Positions 1-10,950 of a stretch of DNA of 64,000 nt are shown here, in pieces. The notes beneath the pieces were generated by a model that was given only the letters and a program-made list of their open reading frames with translations, was not told where the DNA came from and searched no databases. A program made the translations under genes and the position numbers. Source of the stretch: the human T2T-CHM13v2.0 reference genome, Homo sapiens; the NCBI RefSeq assembly GCF_009914755.1, contig NC_060927.1; one strand, written 5' to 3'. The first letter of the stretch is position 1. Each line of letters starts with the position of its first letter.

Positions 1-889
1 TGCTTTGTTCTATATGTGAATGCCTTTAAGAACACAGTTATGATAAAATAACATTGATTCCATCTATTTATTGCACATTTTATTATCATAAAACTTCTAG
101 AGGGTCATATCCTAAGCAGCAGCTTGGACAAAGAGGGGGAAATGATCAGTTAAGTGTATTTGGGGAAAGACTTTACATTGTTCTTCTTCTAGTGGGAAGA
201 ATATCTTCTATGGTTAACGTAAATATTTGGATCCAATCAGAAATTGTATTTTTAAGAACATCTTGGGAATACATTCCATGGCCGGATTTCAGAATGCATA
301 TTAATGTCCAGTTCACTGGTTTATGCCCTTTTCATTTGACAGCTATCACAAGAAGCTCCTTCGTGAGCCTTGCCTCAGGCAACATTCTAGTAATGTGATT
401 CGAGGGATGCTGAAATCCTCCCGACAAAACCCCACCCAAAAATATAGATCCCACATATCTACCCCCTAGGCTGGAATTCCCACGATTAGTCACTGCTCGG
501 GAAACAGAGATGCCTATCCCTGGGAGAGGAGGCTCATTTAGAACTATTAAATATGCCTCTGTAAAATCAATACATTCAAGTTTTCTCTGAACTTGCCATA
601 AATTTTCTCACCTCTGTACCTGGTCAGGGACATTTGGAATGCTCTTACATCTCTTTGCTATTTGTCCAGTTGCTTCTCAAAATCAGAGATCTGGCTCAAA
701 TGTTGTATTTCTCATAAAAAATAATCACTTATAACCCCAGCCAAAAATATTGCCTACCCATTGAAACATCAGTGGAGCACATTTATACTTCACTAATTCA
801 ACATTAAATGGAAACCAGGAAGTTAGAAAATGTTGAAAATAGAGAAATAAACACGGGTGTCTGCCCCTGGGTCCTCATGTCCTCCAAGA

Positions 890-1234
890 CAGCTTTTCCC
901 AAAGTGATAAATGTCCCAAAACAGTATATGCAATGATTTTAGATGATGCATGGATTGTTTTTGTATTTCATTATTATTTAATTACTCTTACCTTTACTAA
1001 TTATGGTAAAAGACCTTGATTTTCCAATCATAGAAATGATATGAAGATCTTTAAAAGAATAAATTTATTTAAATAAGAAAAAAACAAGTAGAGATAATGA
1101 AATAAATCTTTAAATAATAATACAAGTCATTTAAAGATATGGCAAAAACAGAAAAGACACCTACCACCCAAAAAACAAACAAACAAAAAAAACATGAAGT
1201 AGGAACTTAGCATGCATAGATTTGAGGAAAAATG
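890..1234. mobile_element. Old hAT-Charlie-type non-autonomous DNA transposon remnant
   Basis: Degenerate terminal inverted repeats (cagcttttcccaaagt ... gatttgaggaaaaatg) around an AT-rich body with aataaatttattta and gatatggcaaaaa motifs typical of Charlie-derived MITEs; subfamily not resolved. Confidence 0.45.
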
Positions 1235-1598
1235 TTAATAAAGTATTTTTTAAAACCCTGAAATTTAGAAAGTTGCTTCAGGAAAAAAAAGACTTGGAAA
1301 TAGATAAATGGCCATGTAACTTGGCAGGGACTATGACAGAGTTATGAAGAGACATCTGTCAGAGGCCAACAGACACATCAGCTATTTGTGCTGAAGGATC
1401 AGAGATGAACTGGCTTGTGCACTGCTCAACTGATCTACCACATTTTAGGCATGTACCTCGTCTTCTCAGAAACCACATCATGTGGCCCTAAGAGGGAAGG
1501 ATTCCCTCTGCTTCATCAGCCCTCCACACGGTAATGCATGTGTGAACTACTTCTTGTTCCCAAAGCTAAGATCTGAGGAAAAGGTATTGTTTTTATAC

Positions 1599-1650
1599 CT
1601 TATACCTGCTATACCTTATATTCCTTGCTTATACCTGCTATACCTTATAT
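1599..1650. repeat. Short direct duplication, 23 bp x2
   Basis: cttatacctgctataccttatat at 1599-1621 and 1628-1650. Confidence 0.9.
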
Positions 1651-2079
1651 AGCAGATAAAATAGAAATGTATATGTATTTCAGCCTTGCCATCTTACACC
1701 TTCCTAGATTTACAATTTTAGTTCTCTTAATTAATAACCATAACTCTTTCCATTTTTTATAAAGTGTTCTGAAAAATGATCTAAAACTCTTGGGAAATAC
1801 CTTACCAAAAAAGATCCTGCTTCAGAATAACCAAGATCTGGCTAAACAGGACTCTGTGGGGAGATGGGTGTGGCTAGCAGTAAATCCTGGGAACTTCGGA
1901 TTTATAGGCCTACAAGAGATCTCCATAAACAGCCAGGATAGAGCAGGAGTAACTTCACGGCCGGAGGCAGGACACACACCCTCCACTCTTTCCTCTCCCA
2001 CTTCTGCTTCTCAGTGTGCCCTCTCTGGAGTCTTTATGGAAGGCACATCACCTGGGAACTAGCATAGCATATGAGAAAA

Positions 2080-2545
<466 letters not shown>

Positions 2546-2699
2546 ACAGTAAGAATCATTTTATAATGATTGTTGCAAAAGGAGAAGTTTCCTTGAATGC
2601 AATGTTAGGACAATAAGGGCTGCAATCCTCCTAATATCCAGGGTTCAAAATGAGCCTGGAGGGGAGAGGGTAGGAGAGGTAAGTAAGGTAGTGAAGGAG

Positions 2700-2841
2700 C
2701 TCTCAGATTCTTGCACATCAGCTGGGACCTTGTTAGAAATGCACAAACTCAGTTCTTACCCCAGACCTACTGAATCAGAGTCTGCATGTTAACATAATAC
2801 CCAGGTGATATGCGTGCACATTGGAAGGGAAGAAGCATCGT
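2700..2841. mobile_element. MER5A/MER5-family DNA transposon
   Basis: ctgggaccttgttagaaatgca...ccccagacctactgaatcagagtctgcatgttaaca...cccaggtgat matches MER5 consensus. Confidence 0.75.
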
Positions 2842-2954
2842 TGTTAGATATTCCTCTTCCTCTGCTCTTCTAACTCCATCCTTTCTTCCCCTTGTCAGGC
2901 AAATATGACCACAAACCTCTTCTCCCGAAATAGCTCAAAAATAATCACAAAAAG

Positions 2955-3200
2955 AGTAATGGTGAACAACATGTGCCACATACTGTTCTACACACTTGGC
3001 ACACTTGACATCCATAGATTTATTTAATCCCCCCAACAACACAATGAAATGAATACTATCATCCCCTTTCTACAATTGAGGATACCAAGACACAGGAAGG
3101 ATAAAGTCACTTACTAGGGGTTATACAGCCAGCAGATACAGGTTCCTGGACCAGGGACCAGGCATTTTGGAACTAGAGTCCTTTCTCTTGACCATCACAG
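2955..3200 (-). mobile_element. MIR
   Basis: atttaatccccccaacaac...tatcatcccctttctacaattgagga...aaagtcacttact antisense MIR core. Confidence 0.7.
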
Positions 3201-3389
3201 ACTCCAGCTTTCCCTTTTACCTCTCCAAATCATGGGGGAACAAAAAAATGTGTTTCAAGCAATGATGCACCTGCCTCTAGAAATATAGGCTCACAAGCAT
3301 TAATCTGCCCGCACATCCCCTGTCAGAGTTTGGAGCTGGATATCTTCTCCCTAAACTTAGGCAGTTGCTTCCTCAGCAGACTTGCAGCC

Positions 3390-3900
3390 TCTGGTCTTTC
3401 TCCCAGTCCAGGCTGTTCAAACACTGTAGCCAGAATTTTGTCTTTTTTAAGAGCAGCTCTGGTCACCTGTTCCTATGTCAAAACTTCAAGAGCTTTCTTA
3501 TTTGAATAAAAGTTACTGCTTCTACTTGACATTCCGGTTTCCTGCTTGAGGCACGTCTTTTCTCAAGCCCGTCTTTCCAAAACTATCTCCAAACATCTCT
3601 CTTTCCCTCCCAGTACGTGCACATTCGTGGAGAAACACAGCCGTGTGCTCACTTCTCAGCTGCCACATCTTTGTCTCTTTCTAGAATGCATTTCCCATAT
3701 TCTGTCTGCCTGAGCCACATTCAGGCCCCACACAGATACTCTATTCTCAAGAGACTTTTCTACATGTACAAAGTCAAGATTCATCTTTCTCTCTCTTCTT
3801 TTCCTGTTGAACTCTGACTCACTCGTAGGACTTACCACACCCTGTCTTCTATTAATATTGGGCATGTGCCCTGTGCTAGGCTAGTTAAATGTTCTTGAAT
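3390..3900 (+). mobile_element. L2 3' region, highly diverged
   Basis: Pyrimidine-rich tract with ccagtccaggctgttcaaacactgtagccagaat...tcaaaacttcaagagctttc, similar to the L2 3' end. Confidence 0.45.
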
Positions 3901-4222
3901 AAAAATATTGACTGTAGATAATGAACACTAATCTACTTTCAAGTTCAACTTCCTGAAGCACATTTATTCAGCTTTCTCTATGGAGTATCTGGGCATTTAA
4001 GCAATTACATTATAGTATGTTGCAGGGGTGGTAGAAACTCCCCTTTACCCTGCAGCAGACTGCTCTGAGAAATCTGACTTATTCATTGATTTTTAACAGA
4101 TGTGAAAAACAATCTTACATCTATAGCAATGAGTAGCTTTCTGGCTATAGTACTTTATTCATCTATTTTCCCTTTACACCTAAGTTCATTTTATATACAG
4201 ATGTTTTTAAAAACACATTTTA

Positions 4223-4549
<327 letters not shown>

Positions 4550-4579
4550 CTAACTATTGTCCAAAATAGCTCATTTTCT

Positions 4580-4850
4580 AAAAAGCTGTACACTCTTTAT
4601 GCAAGTTTACTTCTAGAAATCCCAAGAAATTATCATTAATATATTCAAAGATTAAGCTACAAGGATGTTCATTATAAGGTGACTTATGTTAGCAAAAATT
4701 AAAAAATAACCTAAATATTCAAAATAGTAGTGGTTAACTACATCATGATTATGTCCAACCCGTGACATGCTTTGCACTAGCTAAAATTATATTGAAATTG
4801 TTGGTGGAAACAAGTTTACGGTATTTTTTAATTGAGCAAAAATCATATGA
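4580..4850 (+). mobile_element. Ancient L1M (L1ME-like) ORF2 3' fragment
   Basis: tacaaggatgttcattata...tagcaaaaatt...aacctaaatattc resembles the L1M ORF2 C-terminal/3' region. Confidence 0.55.
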
Positions 4851-5757
4851 AAGAATAGAAAAACCATAAATAGGCCCACATAAATATGTCCAACGGATTT
4901 TTTTTTACAAAGGCGCAAAAGCAATTTAATGAAAGAATAGTCTTTTCAACATATGATGCTGCAGCAATTGGGCATCCATAGGCAAAGAATAAAATAAATA
5001 GTTAAAATTATTTAATAATAAAGTTAAAATTATTGTGTAAAATTATTTTATATAATAATTACTTCATAATGGATCATAGATTTAAATGTAAGACATAAAA
5101 CTAGAAAACATGTAGAAGAAAATCTTTTGGGCCTAGTGACAGAGTCAAGAGTCTTTATATATGACTGAAGATTTCTTATATATGAAATTGTATGGAGAAG
5201 AGAAGAAAAACTGACATTTTGGGCTGTGTCAAAATTAAAACTTCATGCTCTACAAAAGTCTCTGAGAGGAGAATAAAAAGACAAACTACAGGCTGGGAAA
5301 AAGTGCCAACCACATATCTGACAAAGGAATTGAATCTAGAGTAAAGAATTCTCAAAACTCAGCAAGACATAAAAAATTATAAAAACAAAAATCTAATTAG
5401 AAAATGGGCAAAACACATGAATAGACGTTTTATTAAAGAGGAGATGGAGATGGTAAATAAATACACAAAAAGATGTTCAACATTATTGGCCATTAGGAAA
5501 TACAAAGCCATAATGAGATGTTACTGTAAACCTATCAGTATAGCTAAAATAAAAACTGATAATAGTAGCAATGTTGGCAAGGACAGGGAGACACTGAACC
5601 ACTCATACATTGCTGTTGGAAGTTAAAAAATGGTACAGTCACTCTGGAAAACAGCTTGGCAGTTTCTTAATAATGAAAACTTTTGATATGCACTTACCAT
5701 ACAATCTAGCAATTGCATTCCTAGGCATTTATCCCAGAGAAATAACAACTTATATCC

Positions 5758-5792
5758 TGGAGCAAGACCCTGTTTCAAAAAACAGACAAACA
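5758..5792 (+). mobile_element. Extremely 5'-truncated Alu (3' end plus tail)
   Basis: gagcaagaccctgtttcaaaaaacagacaaaca matches the Alu 3' terminus; flanked by aacttatatcc (5747-5757) and aacttgtgtcc (5793-5803). Confidence 0.75.
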
Positions 5793-6212
5793 AACTTGTG
5801 TCCACCCAAAAACCTGTACGTGGTTGTTCATAACAGTTTTGTTTGTAATAGTTAAAAACTGGAAACAATCCAAATATCCTTTGGCAATGAATGGTTAAAC
5901 AAACTGTGATCTGTCTGTACCATGAAATACTCTTCAGCAATTAAAGGAATGAACTACTGATACAGCAATTTAGATGGATCTCAAGGGAATTATAGTGAGT
6001 GAAAAAGCCAGTCTAAAAAGGTTACACATGCATGATTCCACCTATATAACATTCACACAATGACAGCATTACAGAGATGGAAAGCAGATGAATGATTGCC
6101 GGGATTTAAAGATGCGGCAGAAGAAGGAAGGGAAATGAGTGTGACTATAAAGAGATAACACCAAGGGCTTGGTGGTGATATAATAGCTGGGTATTTTCAT
6201 CATTGTAGTGGT

Positions 6213-6213
<1 letters not shown>

Positions 6214-6247
<34 letters not shown>

Positions 6248-6658
6248 GTATATTTATATATATTGTTATTTATATATATGCATATATAAATAACAATATA
6301 TATGTATATACGCGCATATATACATACATATGTGTATATACATACATATGTATGTATATACGTGTATATACATACATATGTATGTATATACGTGTATATA
6401 CATACATATGTATGTATATACGTGTATATACATACATATGTATGTATATATGTGTGTATATACATACATATGTATGTATATATGTGTGTATATACATACA
6501 TATGTATGTATATATGTGTGTATATACATATATATGTATGTATATATGTGTATATGTATATATACACATATAAATATATACATATATATAAAAATATATA
6601 TTTATATATACATATATCTTATGTATACATATATGTAGTGGTTACATATATATATATA
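6214..6658. repeat. (TA)-rich low-complexity tract with a 30-32-bp palindromic minisatellite
   Basis: Units (c/t)gtgtatatacatacatatgtatgtatata at 6331, 6361, 6391 and 6421, then 32-bp variants; source of the spurious YI/HT-rich ORFs. Confidence 0.95.
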
Positions 6659-6661
6659 AAA

Positions 6662-7227
6662 TTGTATTTCTCTAATGACAAGTGATGATGAGCTTTTTTT
6701 TTCATATGTTTGTTGGCTGAATAAATGTTTTCGTTTGAGAAGTGTCTGTTCATATCCTTCACCCGCTTTTTGATGGGGTATTGCAGCACTATTCACAAAA
6801 GCAAAAACTTGGAACCAACCCAAATGCCCATCAATGATATACTGGTTAAAGAAAATGTGGCACATACACACCATTGAATACTATACAGCCATAAAAAAGG
6901 AGGAGTTCATGTCCTTTGCAGGGACATGGATGAAGCTGGAAACCACCATTCTCAGCAAACTCACACAGGAACAGAAAACCAAACACTGCATGTTCTCACT
7001 CATAAGTGGGAGTTGAACAATGAGAACACATGGACACAGGGAGGGGAACATCACACACTGGGGCCTGTTGGGAGTGGGGGGCTAGGGGAGGGATAGCATT
7101 AGAAGAAATACCTAATGTAGATAACAGGTTGATGGGTGCAGCAAACCACCATGACACATGTATACCTATGTTACAAACCTGCACGTTCTGCACATGTATC
7201 CCAGAACTTAAACTATAATAAAAAAAA
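6662..7227 (+). mobile_element. L1PA (about PA7/8) 3' end with a 5' inversion
   Basis: 6662-6779 is antisense L1 ORF2; 6780-7227 is sense ORF2 end plus 3'UTR (ORF 6834-7016 ..MSFAGTWMKLETTILSKLTQEQKTKHCMFSLISGS) and poly-A; TSD aaaattg(t/c)at at 6658 and 7224. Confidence 0.9.
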
Positions 7228-7372
7228 TTGCATGAAACTACACAGAGACAAACACATACACAGAGGTAAACGCTGTGAATTCTGAACAAAGCCTGTAATG
7301 TAGTTAAAGGTACTGTGCAAATGTCAGTTTTCTGCTTTTGATACTGTACTACATTTACATAAAATGTAGCCA

Positions 7373-7671
7373 GCCTGGCGGTGGCTCATGCCTGTAATCC
7401 CAGCACTTTGGGAGGCTGAGGCAGCTGGCTCAATTGAGGTCAGGAGTTCAAGACCAGTCTGGCCAACGTGGCGAAACCCTGTCTCTACTAAAAATACAAA
7501 AATTAGCTGGGCCTGGTGGTGCATGCCTGTAATCCCAGTTACTTGGGAGGCAGAGGCACAAGAATAGCTTGAACCCAGGAGGTGGAGGTTACGGTGAGCT
7601 GAGATCAGTGCCACTGCACTCCAGCATGGGGGACAGAGCAAGACTCTGTCTCGAAATAAAAATAAAATAAA
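7373..7671 (+). mobile_element. AluS (Sx-like) inside the L1M 3'UTR
   Basis: Full dimer with (TAAAA)n tail; TSD ataaaatgtagcca at 7359-7372 and 7672-7685. Confidence 0.95.
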
Positions 7672-8162
7672 ATAAAATGTAGCCAATTGGGGAAGCAGGG
7701 TGAAGGATATATTGGACTCTTTGTACTATTTTTGCAATTTCTTTTTATTTTTTATTATTTTTAATCCACTCATCTGCACACAGATATATTTGCAATTCCT
7801 TATAGTTTATGATTATTTTAAAGTTTTAGAAGTCTATAAAACAATATGTGTACTTCAACTATGTATAAATAATTTTAATTTGATGTCTCTCAGTTGCTCA
7901 TATAGCAGTATTTGTTACACAGTAGGCACTTTATTAAAGAGGCTCTCCTTTTTCCCCTTAACCTTATGGATATTATGAATCTTGTACCTGACCATGCTTC
8001 CTCCTTAGCTTGTGGCACGAAGCAGCACCCCTGTTGACTCTGGTATACTAGGTTATGCTTTCCTGTGCGTGCAGCTCACCCTTGGCCTTATTACTGTTCA
8101 ATCTTTATTCTTCCTGTGCCTTACCTTTCTTAACCCTTAAATGTACCATTAATATATTTGAC

Positions 8163-8270
8163 CATTAATACATTTAAGGATTAAGCTACAAGGATGTTCA
8201 TTATAAGGTGACTTATGTTAGCAAAAATTCAAAAACAACCTAAATATTCAAAATGGTAGTGATTAACTAC
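8163..8270 (+). repeat. Dispersed ~108-bp copy of 4634-4741
   Basis: cattaata..attaagctacaaggatgttcattataaggtgacttatgttagcaaaaatt..cctaaatattcaaaat..taactac is present at both places, about 7 mismatches by eye. Confidence 0.95.
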
Positions 8271-10432
8271 CATAGATGCTGTACCTCTCACATTACATAT
8301 ATGCTTGGAAGCCACGTTAAATATCTTGTAGAAGGTGTTGGGATGGAGGGTACCGAGCAAGTGTTGATGGATTCCCGTATTCTCCACCATGACTAGGCAC
8401 CAAAAGAGGACCCTTCCCTGTTTCTGCAGCAGATAGATTTTTCAGAGTTTAAGAGAGCCCACTCTGCTTCAAGCGGGCCCACAGAGTTCCATTTAAAGTA
8501 GATCTAATAAAGAAATGGCAGGCAGAATCACTTAATACGTTCAGCACTTGATTCTTCAAGTGACTATTAGCTGCTCTGTGTAAAGCCTACAGCAAATTCT
8601 TAATCTTCAACCAGCTTTCACCTATCATCCAGCTGTTTTTTGCTTAGGGAATTAAAGCTGATGTTTATAAGTAACTAAGCAAAATACAATTAGGAAGGAG
8701 CTCTATTTTAAAGGAGGTATGTGATACATTCCAAAAATAAGTAGGTATCCCAGATTGTAACTTGATTTTTAAAAAATCAATTTTAGCAAATTAGTCATAA
8801 TATATTGTTACAGTTATTGATCATTTTTTCTTCCATTGAAAAGTACTGTCATTGATAAAGAGACGAAGCTCATATTTCCTAAACATTAATAGTGAAAAAA
8901 AACATATGCAAATAAGTATGAAGATATTTTCTATGGCTCTTGAATTGGACCAAGATATGTGTGTTCTGGTATATATGCTTAAAATCCTTCCACCTGGTCA
9001 AAATGCTTTCAAAAGGGAAAGAATAGCTGATGCCTCTTGTTCAGACTGGAAAGTATTGTGATTACACTGAAAAGCATGGCCCCTCTTGAAGTTTAGTTTT
9101 TTACTTCTTTTATTTGAGTATAAAGCAAAAAGGAGGTTTCTCTAAGATGTCCTAATAGAAGCTTTTGAATGATCTGCAGAGGTAGCATTGAGGTGAATGG
9201 AGTCCATCAAGATTTGCCAGAAGTATGAAATAATTATCGAAAGGATTCCATTAGAGACGAAAGCTACCTAGACTAATAGAGACAGAAAAGGCTGACCCTT
9301 TTCAGGCTCTTAACTCTCTCTAATGGATGGCCTTAAGTTGAAATCAAGACTCAACTGGATCATTGATTCTTAAGGAAAAAATATTGAGCATAGTGGCGTA
9401 TAAGCAAAAATTGTAAAAGTGGTCAGACAGATTTATCTTTTAGTTATAGTTTGTAATGAAAAGTATGTTTTTTACCTTTTTCTGCGCTCACAGGAATGGA
9501 GGCTAAACAATGTGACATATTATCATAAAGTAAAAATTAGTTTTAATAAAAAAACAAAAGTCTTACTTTAATAAATACAACATGTTTCCACTCAACAAAA
9601 AGAAATCTACAGATTTTTTGGATAAGTGTCATTATGTGTTACCTATTAGATAACACAGAGTGTTTTTTGGCTGGTAATTGACCCATAGGTCAAATCCTGC
9701 ACTTTCCTCTGAAGGGATCATGGAAGTGCTACTCCTTCACAAGTTTTGGAGCTATATTTTGCAGTGCATGCTTCAGTAACCCACATGCAAAGCACACACT
9801 CACATACAGACCAGGCATATCCATGCACAGGCACACACACCTGGCTAGGGTAAACAGGATCAAATCCCTGAAATTATCTAAAATTTCCTGTGTTTGTTGA
9901 AAACAGTGACTGATGCCTTTGCGTTGGTTGTTCCAAAGCACTTCATTGCGGCTCGGTAGAAGTGTTCTGAGTGTCAAATTGGTAATTAAGTGGTTTGTTA
10001 TAGAGGAAAAATTGCTAATAATAAATAAAAATACTGTCATTGTCTGAGTGTAGGGTCAGCTGAAGTCATGGATCAAGGAGAGAAGCGAAATTGCAGATGG
10101 GGCATTTTGGTTGTCATTTACGTTAACATTAGGTTGTTCCTGATGAGCAAAAGTGGCCAGTAATATGAAGGTAGACGCAAAGAACTTATTTTTAGACCTC
10201 AAACACAGCACTAGGTTGAATGTTTTAAAAATCTGTATCATTTAAATGGGCATATCAGTACACTAAATGTACTTGTTAAAAACTAGATCATTAATAAATA
10301 AGATCAGTATTCAAATAGATATTCTGAGAGAACATAGGAAAACCTATAGTACAGTTAATGAATTTCCTTTCTTCAGAATTATATATCATAGGTGTAATTT
10401 TGCACTTGAGGGTAGTAAATAATCTTATAATA

Positions 10433-10443
10433 ATGACTCAGCA
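10433..10443 (+). promoter_or_regulatory. Candidate CNC-sMAF (NRF2/BACH/NFE2) ARE/MARE motif
   Basis: ATGACTCAGCA is an exact match to the RTGACTCAGCA consensus; motif evidence only. Confidence 0.3.
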
Positions 10444-10814
10444 GATATTGGAAATTTCTATAAAAATTTTCTTATTTATCTCATTGAAAGCTACGAAGTA
10501 TTTTAATTCATTCTTAAAGGTATTATTTTAATCAGTAGATAAATATCGGTTAAATATATATACATACAACACTTATGTATATGAGCCGGGCGAAGCCAAA
10601 TATAGTTGGACTTTTACTAATAAAATAAAATACTTTATGAAATATAAAACAATCTCTTTTAAATATGGTATGACCTAAATGCTACTCTTAGTTCTTCACC
10701 TTCAGAATAATTTTTTTGCCTCACCATGTTTTTGTATTATGTTTGTATGGGTGCAGTTTTAAAACAAACTTTTATATACATTTTTTTCAATTCTTTCTAA
10801 AATATTCTATGAAT

Positions 10815-10950
10815 TAAATGAGACAAATATCATTACCTCCATTTTACAGAGGAGAACACTGAGGCTTAGAAGACTCAAGTAAGTGATTTACCCACAGTCA
10901 CACAACAACCAAGTGGTGGAGTCTGGGATGAAATCTGTCTTCTGATGACT
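10815..10950 (-). mobile_element. MIR
   Basis: attacctccattttacagaggagaacactgaggcttaga..gtgatttacccacagtcacac. Confidence 0.8.

Larger units (their letters stand above)
4853..7830 (+). mobile_element. L1M (L1MD/L1MC-like) ORF2 3' part and 3'UTR, hosting several nested insertions
   Basis: ORF2 remnants in the ORF track (5417-5626 MNRRFIKEEMEMVNKY..; 5610-5855 ..PYNLAIAFLGIYPRE) and L1MD-type 3'UTR (ggatctcaagggaattata..aaaaggttac..; ggggaagcagggtgaagg..tgtactatttttgcaa). Confidence 0.85.

Noticed and set aside
6145-6685. Six overlapping 99-140 aa ORFs rich in Y/I/H/T/C/V
   Set aside because: Translations of the TA-rich minisatellite; alternating R/Y sequence cannot form stop codons
9938-9960. 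gcacttcattgcggctcggtaga resembling miR-181b
   Set aside because: The seed (ACATTCA) does not match, several other mismatches, and no precursor hairpin evident
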